A program made the translations under genes and the position numbers. The notes under the pieces were generated by a model that had not been told where the DNA came from, searched no databases, and saw only the letters and a program-made list of their open reading frames with translations. Positions 42,210 to 55,321 of a DNA stretch of 64,000 nucleotides are shown here, one piece after another; position 1 is the first letter of the stretch; each line of letters starts with the position of its first letter. Origin of the DNA: Chrysomallon squamiferum (taxonomy: Eukaryota; Animalia; Mollusca); contig CM022679.1 of assembly GCA_012295275.1 (NCBI GenBank), positions 16,492,001-16,556,000 on the forward strand. The letters run 5' to 3'.

Positions 42210-44139
42210 CCTGTGTGTTAGAACTGCAATCAGAATTAACACACCATATAAATATGAAGAGAAATGTATCATCTACATTACACTGAGAATTGATCTAAAC
42301 ATTTTGTTACACTTCAAATAAGGATGAGGATCACCTTAGTTGGTTGAAGAAATGTTCTGTTTGCTATAAAGCTTTCTCTGTATCTGGAACAAAACTGAAA
42401 ACAAATCGTATAAACTTAGAAACAAAATGCTAGATGATAATAAACAAAACTGACAGAATATATAAACAATATTTATGATATAATGTCCTTGATTATTTTC
42501 TGGAATTTTTTGTGCAATATATATTTTCTGTGTCTTATTTTAATTTAAAATTTTCCAATCTAAATTCAGTGGGTTTTCTTAATCAGAATAGTCTTTTGTT
42601 AATCAAATTTAAAAAAGACAAAAGAAAGCACATTTTTAATCAAGTCTTTAAAATGATACTAATAATAGTGTAATGATAGACTGTTTTAAAAAGTTCCACT
42701 GAAAATGTTTTTTTCTGAATGAGATTTGATTAATTCTGTATTAACTTGATTTCAGTTTCTTTCCTCATGGTTCCTGCCAGTTATTATAAAAACTTACTGC
42801 AAGTAAAAAAATATGTGGTTTGACACAGATACTTCTAACCCTGAATGAAAATAAAATGATTATGGTCTTTAGCAAACTGGAATTGTGAAAAAGTTATCTT
42901 GTTTATAATGTTCATGGAGAAGAGCATCTTACTGAAAATGAAGAATTATCTCCATGATAACGTCTCTTGCAATGTTGATCATGTGCATCTAGCAAGTCAG
43001 CGTCTGTGTTTGAATTATCTCTGTTGTTGTTTTGTCTGTTAAACGTTGTTAAAGTAACTGGAAATGAAAAAAATTGTGAATTATGTTGAAAATAATATGA
43101 TAATGGCAATATAAATTACTAAGGTTTATGTAAAATAAAAGCAGTTTTTACAAAACAAGAAGTTTCTTTTTTAGTTTGTTAAGAATAAGGTTGTCTAACA
43201 AAATTGTTTGTTTTTTTCACATGAAAAACAGATGAATTATTTCAAAAAAAAATGTCTTTAAATCATATATGTAAAGCATTCCTTGTGTGAAATGTCTCAA
43301 GTCTGAAGTAAATTTGATAGTGTAACATTATGAAGTAGGTTGAGAAACCATCTACACCTCTTATACATTTTATCATGCAGTTAGTTTTATGCAAAACCTT
43401 TCAAAATGTGCATGGAATAGAAGTAGGCTATCTCAAGCATGGTGATCGTGGTACATTTACAATACGCGGGTAATGAAGAAACGTGGGTGAAGAAAAGGTT
43501 GAACGAAATATTGATGTTATCTAGATAATAAAACTGAAATATGTACGTAGATACGACATGCGTTGACACATCTAAATATTTTAACGTGATACAGTATTAA
43601 AGGAAATAGGAAACTAATTCAACAGCTTTTATCTGTCAACCCGTCAAATCATTCCAACAATAAAAAGAGCTACATTTAATCACCTTGAAGACTGCCGCTA
43701 ATTGTACTAAGAAAGAAAGAAAGATATGACTGCAGTCTGGGTCGGGCTATTTATCCATCCTGTCTAAGTTAATGTTATTCATTCCATACAGAAACTGGAC
43801 TGAAATGAAACATCACAAAGATAATTCTTTGATCTCTCAGAATGACTCTCCATATTAAGTTCTCAGTTGTCGTTTATCTGCAACAAATGTCTCCACAAGT
43901 CATCCAAATCGAGTATTATAAAAAAAAAAAAACATTTAGTCACTCCAAACCGAATTCTCTAGTGATCATTTATGAATATTATAAGCGTTCTTTCTTCGTA
44001 CACTGATGTAACAATATAATAAATTAAGTGTTATGTCGAAACGTCTTTAATAAACAAAGACACGGCTACCTCAAAAGCTAGCCTCTTACATGAAAAGAAT
44101 GCGCAGAAAAAGAAACAGAAAAGAATATAAAGGGGTTAA

Positions 44140-44183
<44 letters not shown>

Positions 44184-44390
44184 AATATATATTGTGAAAA
44201 AGTATTTAATTAAATATATATCCATAATAATACCGAAGTGCATAACTTAAGCAAAATATATTTCTGAATTCTACTGCATTTGTTTGAATGAATGAATGAA
44301 TGAATAAATAAATTCGAGTTTCTTGTTAATTGTTTAAAATTTTTAAAGCGTTCCAGATCGAAATGTTCGTGGCCAAAATGTTCTCTATTC

Positions 44391-44394
<4 letters not shown>

Positions 44395-44464
<70 letters not shown>
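44395..44464. repeat. (TG)n microsatellite
   Basis: Direct reading. Confidence 0.97.
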
Positions 44465-44472
<8 letters not shown>

Positions 44473-44556
44473 TGCCTAGGAGGATGGATGAAAGAGTAAA
44501 ATTGTTTTTGTAACATTTATGTTCTTTTTAATTTATTGTTGTTATCATTATTATTA

Positions 44557-44594
<38 letters not shown>

Positions 44595-45968
44595 TAATTT
44601 TTCCGGTTATTTATCTCTTCGAAGAAAATGAAAATATAAGTTGAAAAAACAAACAAACCCCAAAACCCATAAATCTTTATTTTTTAAATTTCTACTTGTT
44701 TTGCCTAGAAATAGCGGTGAAGTTGTCACTTGCATATTACAAAAGTTCGTTGAATTAAATAATTAAGAATAAGTAAAAAAGAAGAAAAAGAAATGCATGC
44801 TAAATTCTACCGTTGTGGCCTACTTATACACCCCTCGTAACTTAAAACATTATTTCGTCGTATTTGTTCCGCTACGACAAATTGTCATGGAAACCAGCCT
44901 ACAAGTCTGGATTCGACCACGGGTATCGAGTCCTTTATTCATCAGATTTACTACGATAACCCTCTTAAAAAAACCCAGTTCTGTACCTTTTGTTTTTGTG
45001 TTCATTGAACCAGTTTCAAAACGTCTTGAGAAGTCGAGGGTTAATACATTTTCTTCTCGGCACAGTTTAACGTAGATGCTTACATAATTGTTTATATAAT
45101 ATTATGTAATTAGGTCGAGAAGAAAGCAAGAAGGCTTTTCTCGGTAATAATATTTTGAAGCTAAAAATAACTTTGTTGTTTTTATCTAAGATTTAACTCC
45201 ATTCCGTTGTTTTATTTATTTGACCGAACTTTCATTTGTATAGTCAAACATTTGGTATGCTGTGCTAGAACGTCACGTGTAGATTTTATTATATCCTTTA
45301 ATCGCACTATTTCAGAATGATTTTGTTTTCTGAAGCTGTGCTGTTTAACGGTTAATACAAAATCAAACAATGAATCAGAGTTCGAATGCAATTTAATTCT
45401 TCATTGTTCGTAAAGCAAAACGGATTAATGGTCCCCACATAACAACACCATGTCGAACGACTGACAAGAAGTTTTCTTTTTGTTAAATGCACCAACCATT
45501 AAAGATTTTGGCGATTCAGTATTCACGTCTGACTACGGAACATAAGCAGATAGTTTGCTGCTAGGACAATCAGAACTCAGTATTCTAAATGAATGTGGAA
45601 TTAATGGTCAGTTCACACTGAAGACGTTTTGAAAATGATCTTGTATCAGACTGCTTTTAAAAGTGAAAGCGGATAATTAACTTTATTCTGATAAAGAAAA
45701 AAACAACAACAATGAAAAACAACAAAAGCATTGTTGTCGTATATAATGTTTACCTTTCATGAGGAACCGAAAACTTAATACATCAGGAATTAATTAGAAC
45801 GCGAACTAGTTTTCAATTTGTGCCTGCTGAACAAGAATGTTTACCTTGGTGTGGTATTATACGAAATGACCGGAAAGAGAATCCGTGGTGCGAAGGTTCA
45901 AAATAAACTTGCTTAGAAAAATCAACAGAGCCAGAAGACTCTGACGACAGTTACCATCATCTTTCAGG

Positions 45969-46165
45969 ATGAAATCCTCCGCTAAGGACATTTTCTGGGC
46001 GCTAGCTGTTCGACTGATGCTCACTCTTCACACATTTATAGCCTACTGGAGGACAGTGGACGTCACGGGAAAAGAATACGTTTGGTATTTTCTCATTCTC
46101 AACGTGTTGGTGTTTGCTGAAACAATCTACAGAATCAAAGTTAAACGAGGAAAGGAAGGAAAATG
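45969..46165 (+). CDS. TMEM26: TMEM26-like paralog A, exon 1 of 4
   Basis: ALAVRLMLTLHTFIAYWRTV...KRGKEGKW matches TMEM26 ALATRLLFLLHSLVGVWRV...KRGRGYKW. Donor TG|GTATTT splits the Trp codon (phase 2). Confidence 0.9.
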
Positions 46166-46446
46166 GTATTTCGGCATATCTATCTTAATTCTTTTTTCCG
46201 TCTATCCCTCTAAATGCTGTTTATTTTGCTGTGTCTGACAGGCTCTCTATCATTATATTTGTATGTCAGTCTCTGTTTGTGGTGTGTCTGTGGTTTTTGT
46301 TACTTGAAGTTAGTGTATAGAAGTTAATTACTATTTATAATTTTCACAATCTGATTCTGACTAGAATGTCCATTTTATGTTCAACTAGTTGCTGTTTAAA
46401 ATATTTATTTTATTAAAACATATAATCATTGTTTTTACAAAAAAAA

Positions 46447-46497
<51 letters not shown>

Positions 46498-46695
46498 TAA
46501 ATAAATAAAACATAAACATAAACATAAATTTAAACATAAAAATCCACAAGCAAAAATGAATTATTATAGACCATTTGTCTCTGTCATAACTAGTGAGTCC
46601 TGTTTTGTTTTGTCTTCATTACAACTCGCGTTCATCAACTGTTCATCCTGATCCTAACCGTGTAAATAATTTATATGTCTGTGTATGGCTGTGAA

Positions 46696-46729
<34 letters not shown>

Positions 46730-47798
46730 GATAGATAGATAGATTAAAGATAGTTAGCTAGATAGATATGAATAAAGACACACACACAATGCCCTTTTCA
46801 GTCTTACCTATTTCTAATCAACTAACAAGACGAAACTGCTGGGGTTTTTGGGGTTATTATTTTTTATTTATTTATTTTTTTGTCTCTCATTCTTTCTTCC
46901 TTTCCTTCCTTCCTTCTTTATTTATTTAATTTTATTATTATGAGTATTTTATTGTACGTGTCTGTCAGTTTGTTGAAACAAAATTACAGCGAATAAAATA
47001 TACTAAACTAAAATAATCAAAACAATTTAAAAGGTGAAAAAGGAAGAGCAAAATCAGCTTCAGAGTAATTTTGGTTGATGAAGTAAACTGGGAAATGATT
47101 CTTATGTTGGAAATTGTTGCAGGTTTGAAAAGGACAAATAGTCCAACATTTTTCTTTTTATTCTAACAATTTGTATGCTATCAGTTTGTCCATTTATTCG
47201 GTACAGAGTTATTCGAATAACACACCAGCAATATCATCTTTTTTTCTCCATGACTTAATAATTATGTCTCCTGAGAAGGACACCATGACGACAACACTGA
47301 AATAATTCATGTTACGTATTTCTGTGAACCTTTATAACGGAAAATCCATCTATATGCGTATTCATTTTCCAAATTAGATGTAATAAATAATTTACCAGTC
47401 TGTTACAGTGCAAGTGAAATATTAATTATTGTGATTTTAACTGAGAATTATGTGACCTTCTGAGTGGTTTTAGAAGAGATATTATGTATATTATGGCAAG
47501 GGAAAACAATGTGTATGCATCGCTTTTAACACAATAACAAATTGAAAAAAAAAAATAAATGCCTGCAGCATTAAAACATATATCTGATAAGCAAACATTT
47601 GCTCTAAATGGATATTTAATTGATTTCGCCTCACTGTTAAATGGACCTTTTCCTTGTTACAACAAAGAGCCATGTCGCCATGTTTATTTCAACAAATACT
47701 TTGTTTTTAAAACAGAAAAATAGCCTTCGGGACAAAATTAATAAAAAAAAAAAAAAATCAGAAAAAAATCGATAAATAAATAATAATAATAAAAAAAA

Positions 47799-47848
<50 letters not shown>

Positions 47849-47977
47849 CAGAAAAATAAAACAAAATAAAATAAACAACAACAACAATAATAAACAAACA
47901 AATAAATAAACAACAAAAATGAAAATAATAAATAAATAACAAAAAAGAATAACATTAGCAACCGCAACAACATTTAA

Positions 47978-48041
<64 letters not shown>

Positions 48042-48044
48042 GAA

Positions 48045-48087
<43 letters not shown>

Positions 48088-48398
48088 ATACTGAATCCAT
48101 AAAACAAGTCTCGTAACAATTCGATCAATCCATTACAAAAATGTCGTTTTGTAAAAAACTGAAAAAATGTTTCATTTGGTTATGTTCAAAAGTGTAATGA
48201 GTGCTGAGTGTAAATAATATCATGTCTGAAGAATAATTATATAGAAAACTGTAATAGTTTATTACCTACAAAAACGAAACAAATAAACACAAAGTGCATG
48301 TGTGTGTGTTGTATGTGTGAGTATAAATGTGTTTGTTTATGTATATATCTGTGCACTTTCCACACAAACAAAATAAATTAAAACATATGTGAATAATG

Positions 48399-48446
<48 letters not shown>

Positions 48447-48555
48447 GATTAAACTTTTGTAATATATCAGTAAGAATTTTATCAGCATGATGGTCTTCTT
48501 GGTAACTATGACAATTATTCCATTTTAAACAGATGCTGAAGAAGCTAGATATTTT

Positions 48556-48586
<31 letters not shown>

Positions 48587-49082
48587 GTAGATGTATTAAA
48601 TTTATAAAACAAACAAAAAATAAAAACAAAGCCCCAAAAAACACAAAAAAACAACAAAAACTGACAGAATACAAATACAGCAGTTGGCAAATGCAACTAT
48701 GTGTTCATTTTACCTCCATTTTTTCTAACGATCACGTGACCACACTAAAATTTTGATTAAAGGTTTGACAATAAACAAATTCTTATAAACTTATACACAA
48801 ATTAAATTAACTGAGTTGTACATACCAAATGACTGAACATAATTACAGGTACACTAAACATTTGAATTTACAAACTCACGCAAGTAAGGGCCGTAAATTC
48901 GAGGAAGCAGACTACAAGTAATCATAGACAAACACAACTTTCGTTAAACAATTTTACTCGTGTGGCGTGAGTCTGTTAAAGACCCTGTTTTTAGTAGAAA
49001 CAGAAAATCGGTGCACTAAGAACTATACGAATATATTTAGTACCAGCTCAAAGTATTGTAATAAATGCTCTGGTAATTTCAG

Positions 49083-49224
49083 GTTTTGTCCTTGTTTTCT
49101 GTTCTACCTGATCTGTACTGTGCCAGCTATATACATCCTCGAGCTGGACAAAGTGAGAAGATATAACCTGATACTTGCCACCCAGAATATAACAGTTGAT
49201 ATGTCCCTGTCGTCTATACTAGGG
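49083..49224 (+). CDS. TMEM26: TMEM26-like paralog A, exon 2
   Basis: FCPCFLFYLICTVPAIYILELDK matches TMEM26 [21 protein letters not shown]. Acceptor aatttcag, donor GGG|GTAAAT. NIT sequon present. Confidence 0.88.
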
Positions 49225-49385
49225 GTAAATATAATACTATTTATTTATTTATTTATCTATATATTTATGTATTTATTTATTTTGTGCTTGCAAAGCAAAC
49301 AGAAAACTGTTAGATATCACTATTTACTATATATATACACACAAAATCCACGCATTGATATTGTATGTATATAATATAATTTTAG

Positions 49386-49707
49386 GTAACTTTACCCATC
49401 ACCTTAAATCCAAACATCTGGGTATCAGTTATTGAGCAAGCGATGTTGTTTCTCATGATTCTTGCACGCTGGCTACTTCCGCGGGGAAACTTGTCACGAG
49501 ATAAACTGTCTCAGCTTCTCTTCGCCTACATCAGCATGGCGTCTGACAACATGGAACTGTTTGTTCTCTTCGACGAAGCGCCGGTCAGAACTGACACTCT
49601 GCTCACTTACGGGATTCTAGCAGTGTGGACGTTCAGTCTGTTTCAGTTCAGCATGGTTCTCACCGCGACGAGGAGTGAGCGAGAGAAGAGCAGTGTCAGT
49701 CCTTCAG
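49386..49707 (+). CDS. TMEM26: TMEM26-like paralog A, exon 3
   Basis: Family signature RWLLPRGNLSRDKLSQLL...ASD...ILAVWTFSLFQF. Acceptor ttttag, donor CAG|GTAACA (phase 1). Confidence 0.93.
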
Positions 49708-50148
49708 GTAACATCTGACGCTAATCTGGTTTGTGGCATAATCATTTAAAAATACATTATGAAAGAAGAAGAAATTCGTGACGATTAATTTTTGCGGTGA
49801 CGTTATAGTATGTTGACAAGTAAACAGAAATGTATAATAGTTAATGCAGTTACGGTTGTTATAGTGGTAGTAGTAGCTGTAGTAGCAATAGTAACAATAG
49901 AAGTATTAGTAAAAGTAGAAGTAGTAATACTGTTAATAGTAGTACACTGTACATGTAATAAAGTAGCTGTTGTTATTATTGTAACAGCAGACGTAACATC
50001 AACTTCAGCAACTGCAGACATAGTAGAGTAGTGAAAGTAAAAGTAATAGTAGTAGAATTAATATAAATATTAGACGTCTAACAAACGAGATGTTTCTATT
50101 ATTTTTATCTATTGTTTATTACTTTTTTATTTTTTTATTTTCAACCAG

Positions 50149-50621
50149 ATGCAGACAAGAATATCGTCAAAAAGGAGTCTGTACTTGTTGGCTGTTTTAA
50201 AACCGAATTATGGAGTCTGATGCTGTCCTTCGTTTGTCAGGATGGACCTTATCTTTCGATACGTCTCTACACCATGATTTCATACCAGCTGATAACGTAC
50301 AGCATCATTTTCTTTACATTTAAGAATATGTTTGTCATCTTACTTTTCCTCTATCGTCTGTACGCAATGCATTTTAATCAAGACGATGACGAATTGGGAA
50401 AAGAGGATTTCCTGTCTACACCTGAAAGATCCAGGCAGAAGTCGATCAGACAACATCGGCAATCCACAGGTTCACTGCCCAGAAAAGAGACGAATGGGTA
50501 CAAAGACTATAGAAGGTCAACGATCATGGAGGATGGAAGTCTGTATATAGCCACCGAGCGATATGGTCGTCAGCCCTCGCCAAAATCAAAGAAACTTTCT
50601 ATTGTGTCTTTAGACATATAA
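50149..50621 (+). CDS. TMEM26: TMEM26-like paralog A, exon 4
   Basis: TELWSLMLSFVCQDGPYLSIRL...FFTFKNMFVILLFLYRL is the TMEM26 C-terminal motif set. Long polar tail follows. Acceptor ttttcaaccag. Confidence 0.93.
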
Positions 50622-50861
50622 AACATTTAAAAATGCAAAGACTACGAGTATTATTTATATGAAGTCTATGTGCAATTGCTGTCTTTCCCCATCATTGACT
50701 GTTTCTTAATTTGATAGAAAATGAGTTTTGAAAATATTTTCATTATCATTTGTTCTTGTTTTCTGTTCAGTTTCATTTACAAACGAAGATACATACACAC
50801 ATGCACACACAGAGAAAGATAGAAAATAGAAGAAAGAAAGAGAACGAAAGACTCACATATA

Positions 50862-51109
50862 CAGGGTGGCCCAAAAGTAGGTTTACAGTTATTACGTAGG
50901 CAATTTATTTTAAAATATAAGCATATTTCAAGCATTAAACAGAAACTGTTTAATATCTCAGGTGCTCAAAATGTTCTCTTTCAACACTTATTAATTAATT
51001 TATTACAAGTTAGATCCGAGGAATATTTTATGTTAATTGTACTTAGCAAATAACTTCAAGCATATAAACGAGAGTTTAATAACTGTAAACATACTTTTGG
51101 GCCACTCTG
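50862..51109. mobile_element. Tc1/mariner-type MITE (~250 bp)
   Basis: 32-bp TIRs CAGGGTGGCCCAAAAGTAGGTTTACAGTTATT ... AATAACTGTAAACATACTTTTGGGCCACTCTG (2 mismatches). TA on the left flank, TG on the right. No ORF. Confidence 0.88.
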
Positions 51110-52064
51110 TGTATGCATGCAAATACAGCACGCAGAACCGATAAATTAACAGTCAACAGTCATTGGCGATACACCTACGTAATACAGGAAATAATCAACA
51201 CCGTTTTATCACAAAGAAATTCTTGTCAGTTAATAATTAGCACAACTAATTTATTTCACTTTTGTTAGGAACGAACTTACTCACTTCGTCGTGTGAAATC
51301 TTAAGGAGGCAAAGTTTAACTTATAATTAAATAGTTTAATAATTACATTATTCAGACATTTGATCCACAAACGTAACCATAAATATTTTTATCTTTTGCA
51401 CCTAACAATCACCAGTTTCCCACCATAAGTTATATATTTTAAACAACCTCAAAGATATTGGTGACTGGCTTTGTTAAAATTTAGGTATCTTTTTATTAAA
51501 TGTTTCTTAGAACTGACTTTTATATCAAAGCGAGAGAAATTGAAAAAGGTACTAATCGTGACTTCATTTGGCAGTTTCAAACGATACTTTTTAGTTACAT
51601 TATCATTTGACGGAAGTTCTTAGCAACAGTGTAAATATATAAATATAAGCACAACACTTTAACGTTTGTTTGTTCTCTGGCGGTGTTCGTCCGTGCATTA
51701 CAGTTACGTTCACAATCTGTTGCGAGAACGTGTATTGTTGCTTATTGATTTCGACTCCACCTAAAACCATTTGACTTGGTCGATCAAAGTGATTAAAAAC
51801 CGTTCTGTTATTCATAAAAGCAATAAGATAATTAATACCCATTGTTCTGACTCTGGTGAACAGGATTTGCCATTTACTTTGTGATACAACGATTTTGTGA
51901 TACTGCTGGAACTTTTAAAAATATTTTTACGAATATTTAGTGAGGATCCAGAAATAGAGGCTGCAGTGAGATTCGTGACGGGATTTTTTTTAAATCTGAA
52001 TATATAAAATTTGAGTTTCTTTTAACAAAAACAAAAACAGTAAAAACCAGCAAGAACTGCAACA

Positions 52065-52297
52065 ATGGCTGAAGAAAATAAAACCAAAAAATGCATCATC
52101 GATACGTTTTTTAAAATTAAAAATATTTTTTTTGCTGTACTTGTTCGTGTGCTTTTGATAACGCACACGTTATTGGCTTATTGGCAGGTGAATCTAACAA
52201 CGGGTTACAAGAATGAATTGTTTTTTCTAATTATTCTGCTGCAGCTGACCGAGGCACTCTACTCGATCTTTAAGAGGAAAGGAGTTGAAAACGAGTG
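52065..52297 (+). CDS. TMEM26: TMEM26-like paralog B, exon 1 of 3
   Basis: AVLVRVLLITHTLLAYWQV...KRKGVENEW, donor TG|GTAAGT in the Trp codon. TATAAAA at 52003 upstream. Confidence 0.9.
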
Positions 52298-52869
52298 GTA
52301 AGTCTTTTCTGAAATAATTAGCTCTTAGAATACTACCAAAGAACCGAAAAGTTAAAATTGTTAAGTATCTGTCTGACGACTGGCAGCTCGCTTATTTAGA
52401 AAGGAGAATACCTAGTTATGTATAATTCCAGCCAAGTTATGAGTCTTGACTGTCTAGAACTGAAAATGACTAGTTACGTTTGGACAAAATATAAAGAAAT
52501 ATATTCCGTTCTATACTGTTCTATTCTATTCTATTTATTAATTTATTGACTGATTGATTGATTTTATTTATTTATTTATTATCGTTAGTAGTAGTAGTAG
52601 TATATATTTTTTTTTTTTTGAATTTTTTTTTTGACGCACTCAACTCATTAAATATTTAATCTTCGTTTTATCAGGTTACTATTACATAAGATGAAAACCT
52701 CTGTAATGGGTAACTTTTTTTCAATTATATCTGTTAAATGGTGGATCGAGTGTATTGATTTTTCTTTACTACTTAACATTTTGTTGTTCTCTGGCGTCGT
52801 CCATCAGCTTCCCTCCCAAAAGACAGACATCCCATACTGCAGACACGCCACGTGACAGACACAACTCTT

Positions 52870-53277
52870 TGTGTAGAAACATGGACTCGGAGGCTGCCGG
52901 ACTACCACTCCTGCCAACTGCAGGATGCGTGGTTTGAACCCATGGATAACGGACCTGAAATTCCATAGACGGAGACATTAAATGATTATGTGGTTTCTTT
53001 CCCCAGAACAAACAATTATCTGGAGGGTTTTCATTCCAGAATGATCCGGTCAATTCAACTTCACCATCCAAAATATGTACAGATTTGTAGAACTGATAAA
53101 AGACATAGAAACATCAGAACGTTCTAAACTGAAATAGATAAACTTTGGATCTGCCCCATCACCAAGAACGATAGTTTATAAACAGACTCGTGAGACTGAA
53201 GGCACAGCTAACCCTTGGCCAGAAAACACCCATTCAGTTCTTGGATGCCGTTGGACATCTTTTAAAATTAGGGTAAA
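52870..53277 (+). mobile_element. Decayed MULE (Mutator-like) transposase C-terminal fragment in intron 1 of TMEM26-B
   Basis: AAGLPLLP, then PRTNNYLEGFHSRM (53002-53043, the MULE catalytic Glu motif RTNNxxEGxH), then HHP/NMYRFVELIK and FLDAVGHLLKLG*. Several frameshifts and a stop. Confidence 0.82.
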
Positions 53278-53714
53278 ACTGCCTCAAATGGACATGTTAA
53301 AATCTATAAATAAATTTAATTTTATATAGTTTTGTTCTGTGTTCTGTATTTTGTATCAGACTATTCCACTATTTACTACTTGTATTATTCAAGGTAATCG
53401 GCAGGTCATTAGTAATGCGCTCAACCGTGTCCTGTGTTGTTTTAATGCGACTGTGTTAACACGTCTGTCTTTTGGGAGGACACCGTTCATCCGATGATTA
53501 TTGTTACGTTTTAGTAGGTGTCACGAGAAGGCGAGCTACAGATTTCGTTTTCAAATGCCAAACTACTAATCAGATGACACCTGCTAATTCACATCTTCTG
53601 ACTTTGCACAACAAATCTTTATGCAGCCATAATTCAGTAGTAACCCAAGAAACGAAAACACATTGGAGCAAAATAATAAAATTTGTAACAGGTCATTTTA
53701 CCGGCTTTACGACA

Positions 53715-55170
53715 GTAACGAGTTGTTCAGTACCAGCGACCTAATTCAGCTAATTTATTCAGTACCAGCGGCTAATTCAGTTAATTTATTCAGTACCAGC
53801 GACCTAATTCAGTTAATTTGTTCAGTACCAGCGTCGAATTCAATTAATTTGTTCAGTACCAGCGGCTAATTCAGTTAATTTGTTCAGTACCAGCGTCGAA
53901 TTCAATTAATTTGTTCAGTACCAGCGGCTAATTCAGTTAATTTGTTCAGTACCAGCAGCCAATTCAGCTAATTTGTTTAGTACCAGTATCTAAATCAGTT
54001 AATTTGTACAGTAACAGTATCTAAATCAGTTAATTTGTTCAGTACCAGTATCTAAATCAGTTAATTTGTACAGTACCAGTATCTAATTCAGTTTATTTGT
54101 TTAGTAACAGTATCTAATTCAGTTAATTTGTTCAGTACCAGCGGCTAATTCAGTTAATTTGTTCAGTACCAGCGGCTAATTCAGCTAATTTGTTCAGTAC
54201 CAGCGTCTAATTCAATTAATTTGTTCAGTACCAGCGGCTAATTCAGTTAATTTGTTCAGTACCAGCGGCTAATTCAGCTAATTTGTTCAGTACCAGCGTC
54301 GAATTCAATTAATTTGTTCAGTACCAGCGGCCTAATTCAGTTAATTCGTTCAGTACGAGCGGCCAATTCGGCTAATTTGTTTAGTACCAGTATCTAAATC
54401 AGTTAATTTGTTCAGTAACAGTATCTAAATCAGTTAATTTGTTCAGTAACAGTATCTAAATCAGTTAATTTGTTCAGTACCAGTATCTAATTCAGTTTAT
54501 TTGTTCAGTAACAGTATCTAAATCAGTTAATTTGTTCAGTACCAGTATCTAAATCAGTTAATTTGTACAGTACCAGTATCTAATTCAGTTTATTTGTTTA
54601 GTAACAGTATCTAATTCAGTTAATTAATTTAATTCAGTTAATTTGTTCAGTACCAGCGGCTAATTCAGTTAATTTGTTCAGTAACAGTATCTAATTCAGT
54701 TAATTTGTTCAGTAACAGTATCTAATTCAGCTAATTTGTTTAGTACCAGTATCTAATTCAGTTAATTTGTACAGTAACAGTATCTAATTCAGTTAATTTG
54801 TTCAGTACCAGTATCTAATTCAGCTAATTTGTTTAGTACCAGTATCTAATTCAGTTATTTTTGTACAGTAAAGCTAATTTGCGGCTAATCTAATTCAGTT
54901 AATTTGTTCAGTACCAGCGTCCTAATTAAGTTAATTTGTTCAGTATCAGCGTCGAATTCAATTAATTTGTTCAGTACCAGCGGCTAATTCAGTTAATTTG
55001 TTCAGTACCAGTATCTAATTCAGTTAATTTGTTCAGTACCAGCGTCCTAATTAAGTTAATTTGTTCAGTATCAGCGTCGAATTCAATTAATTTGTTCAGT
55101 ATCAGTGGCTAATTCAGTTAATTTGTTTTGTTCAGTTAATTTGTTCGTCGAAGCGGCTAATTCAGCTACA
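53715..55170. repeat. 31-bp tandem satellite, about 46 copies
   Basis: Unit TAATTCAGTTAATTTGTTCAGTACCAGCGGC, with variants ending GTATC or GCGTC. Period 31 read directly (e.g. 54121 and 54152). Confidence 0.97.
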
Positions 55171-55212
55171 TTTTTGTTTAAATCAGCTGATAATTGCATT
55201 AGCTTTGATTAC

Positions 55213-55261
<49 letters not shown>

Positions 55262-55280
55262 CTCGATTTAAATTAAGGTA

Positions 55281-55321
<41 letters not shown>

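Noticed and set aside
53715-55170. 31-bp array as a CRISPR array
   Set aside because: Units are head-to-tail with no unique spacers, there are no cas genes, and the context is a eukaryotic intron.
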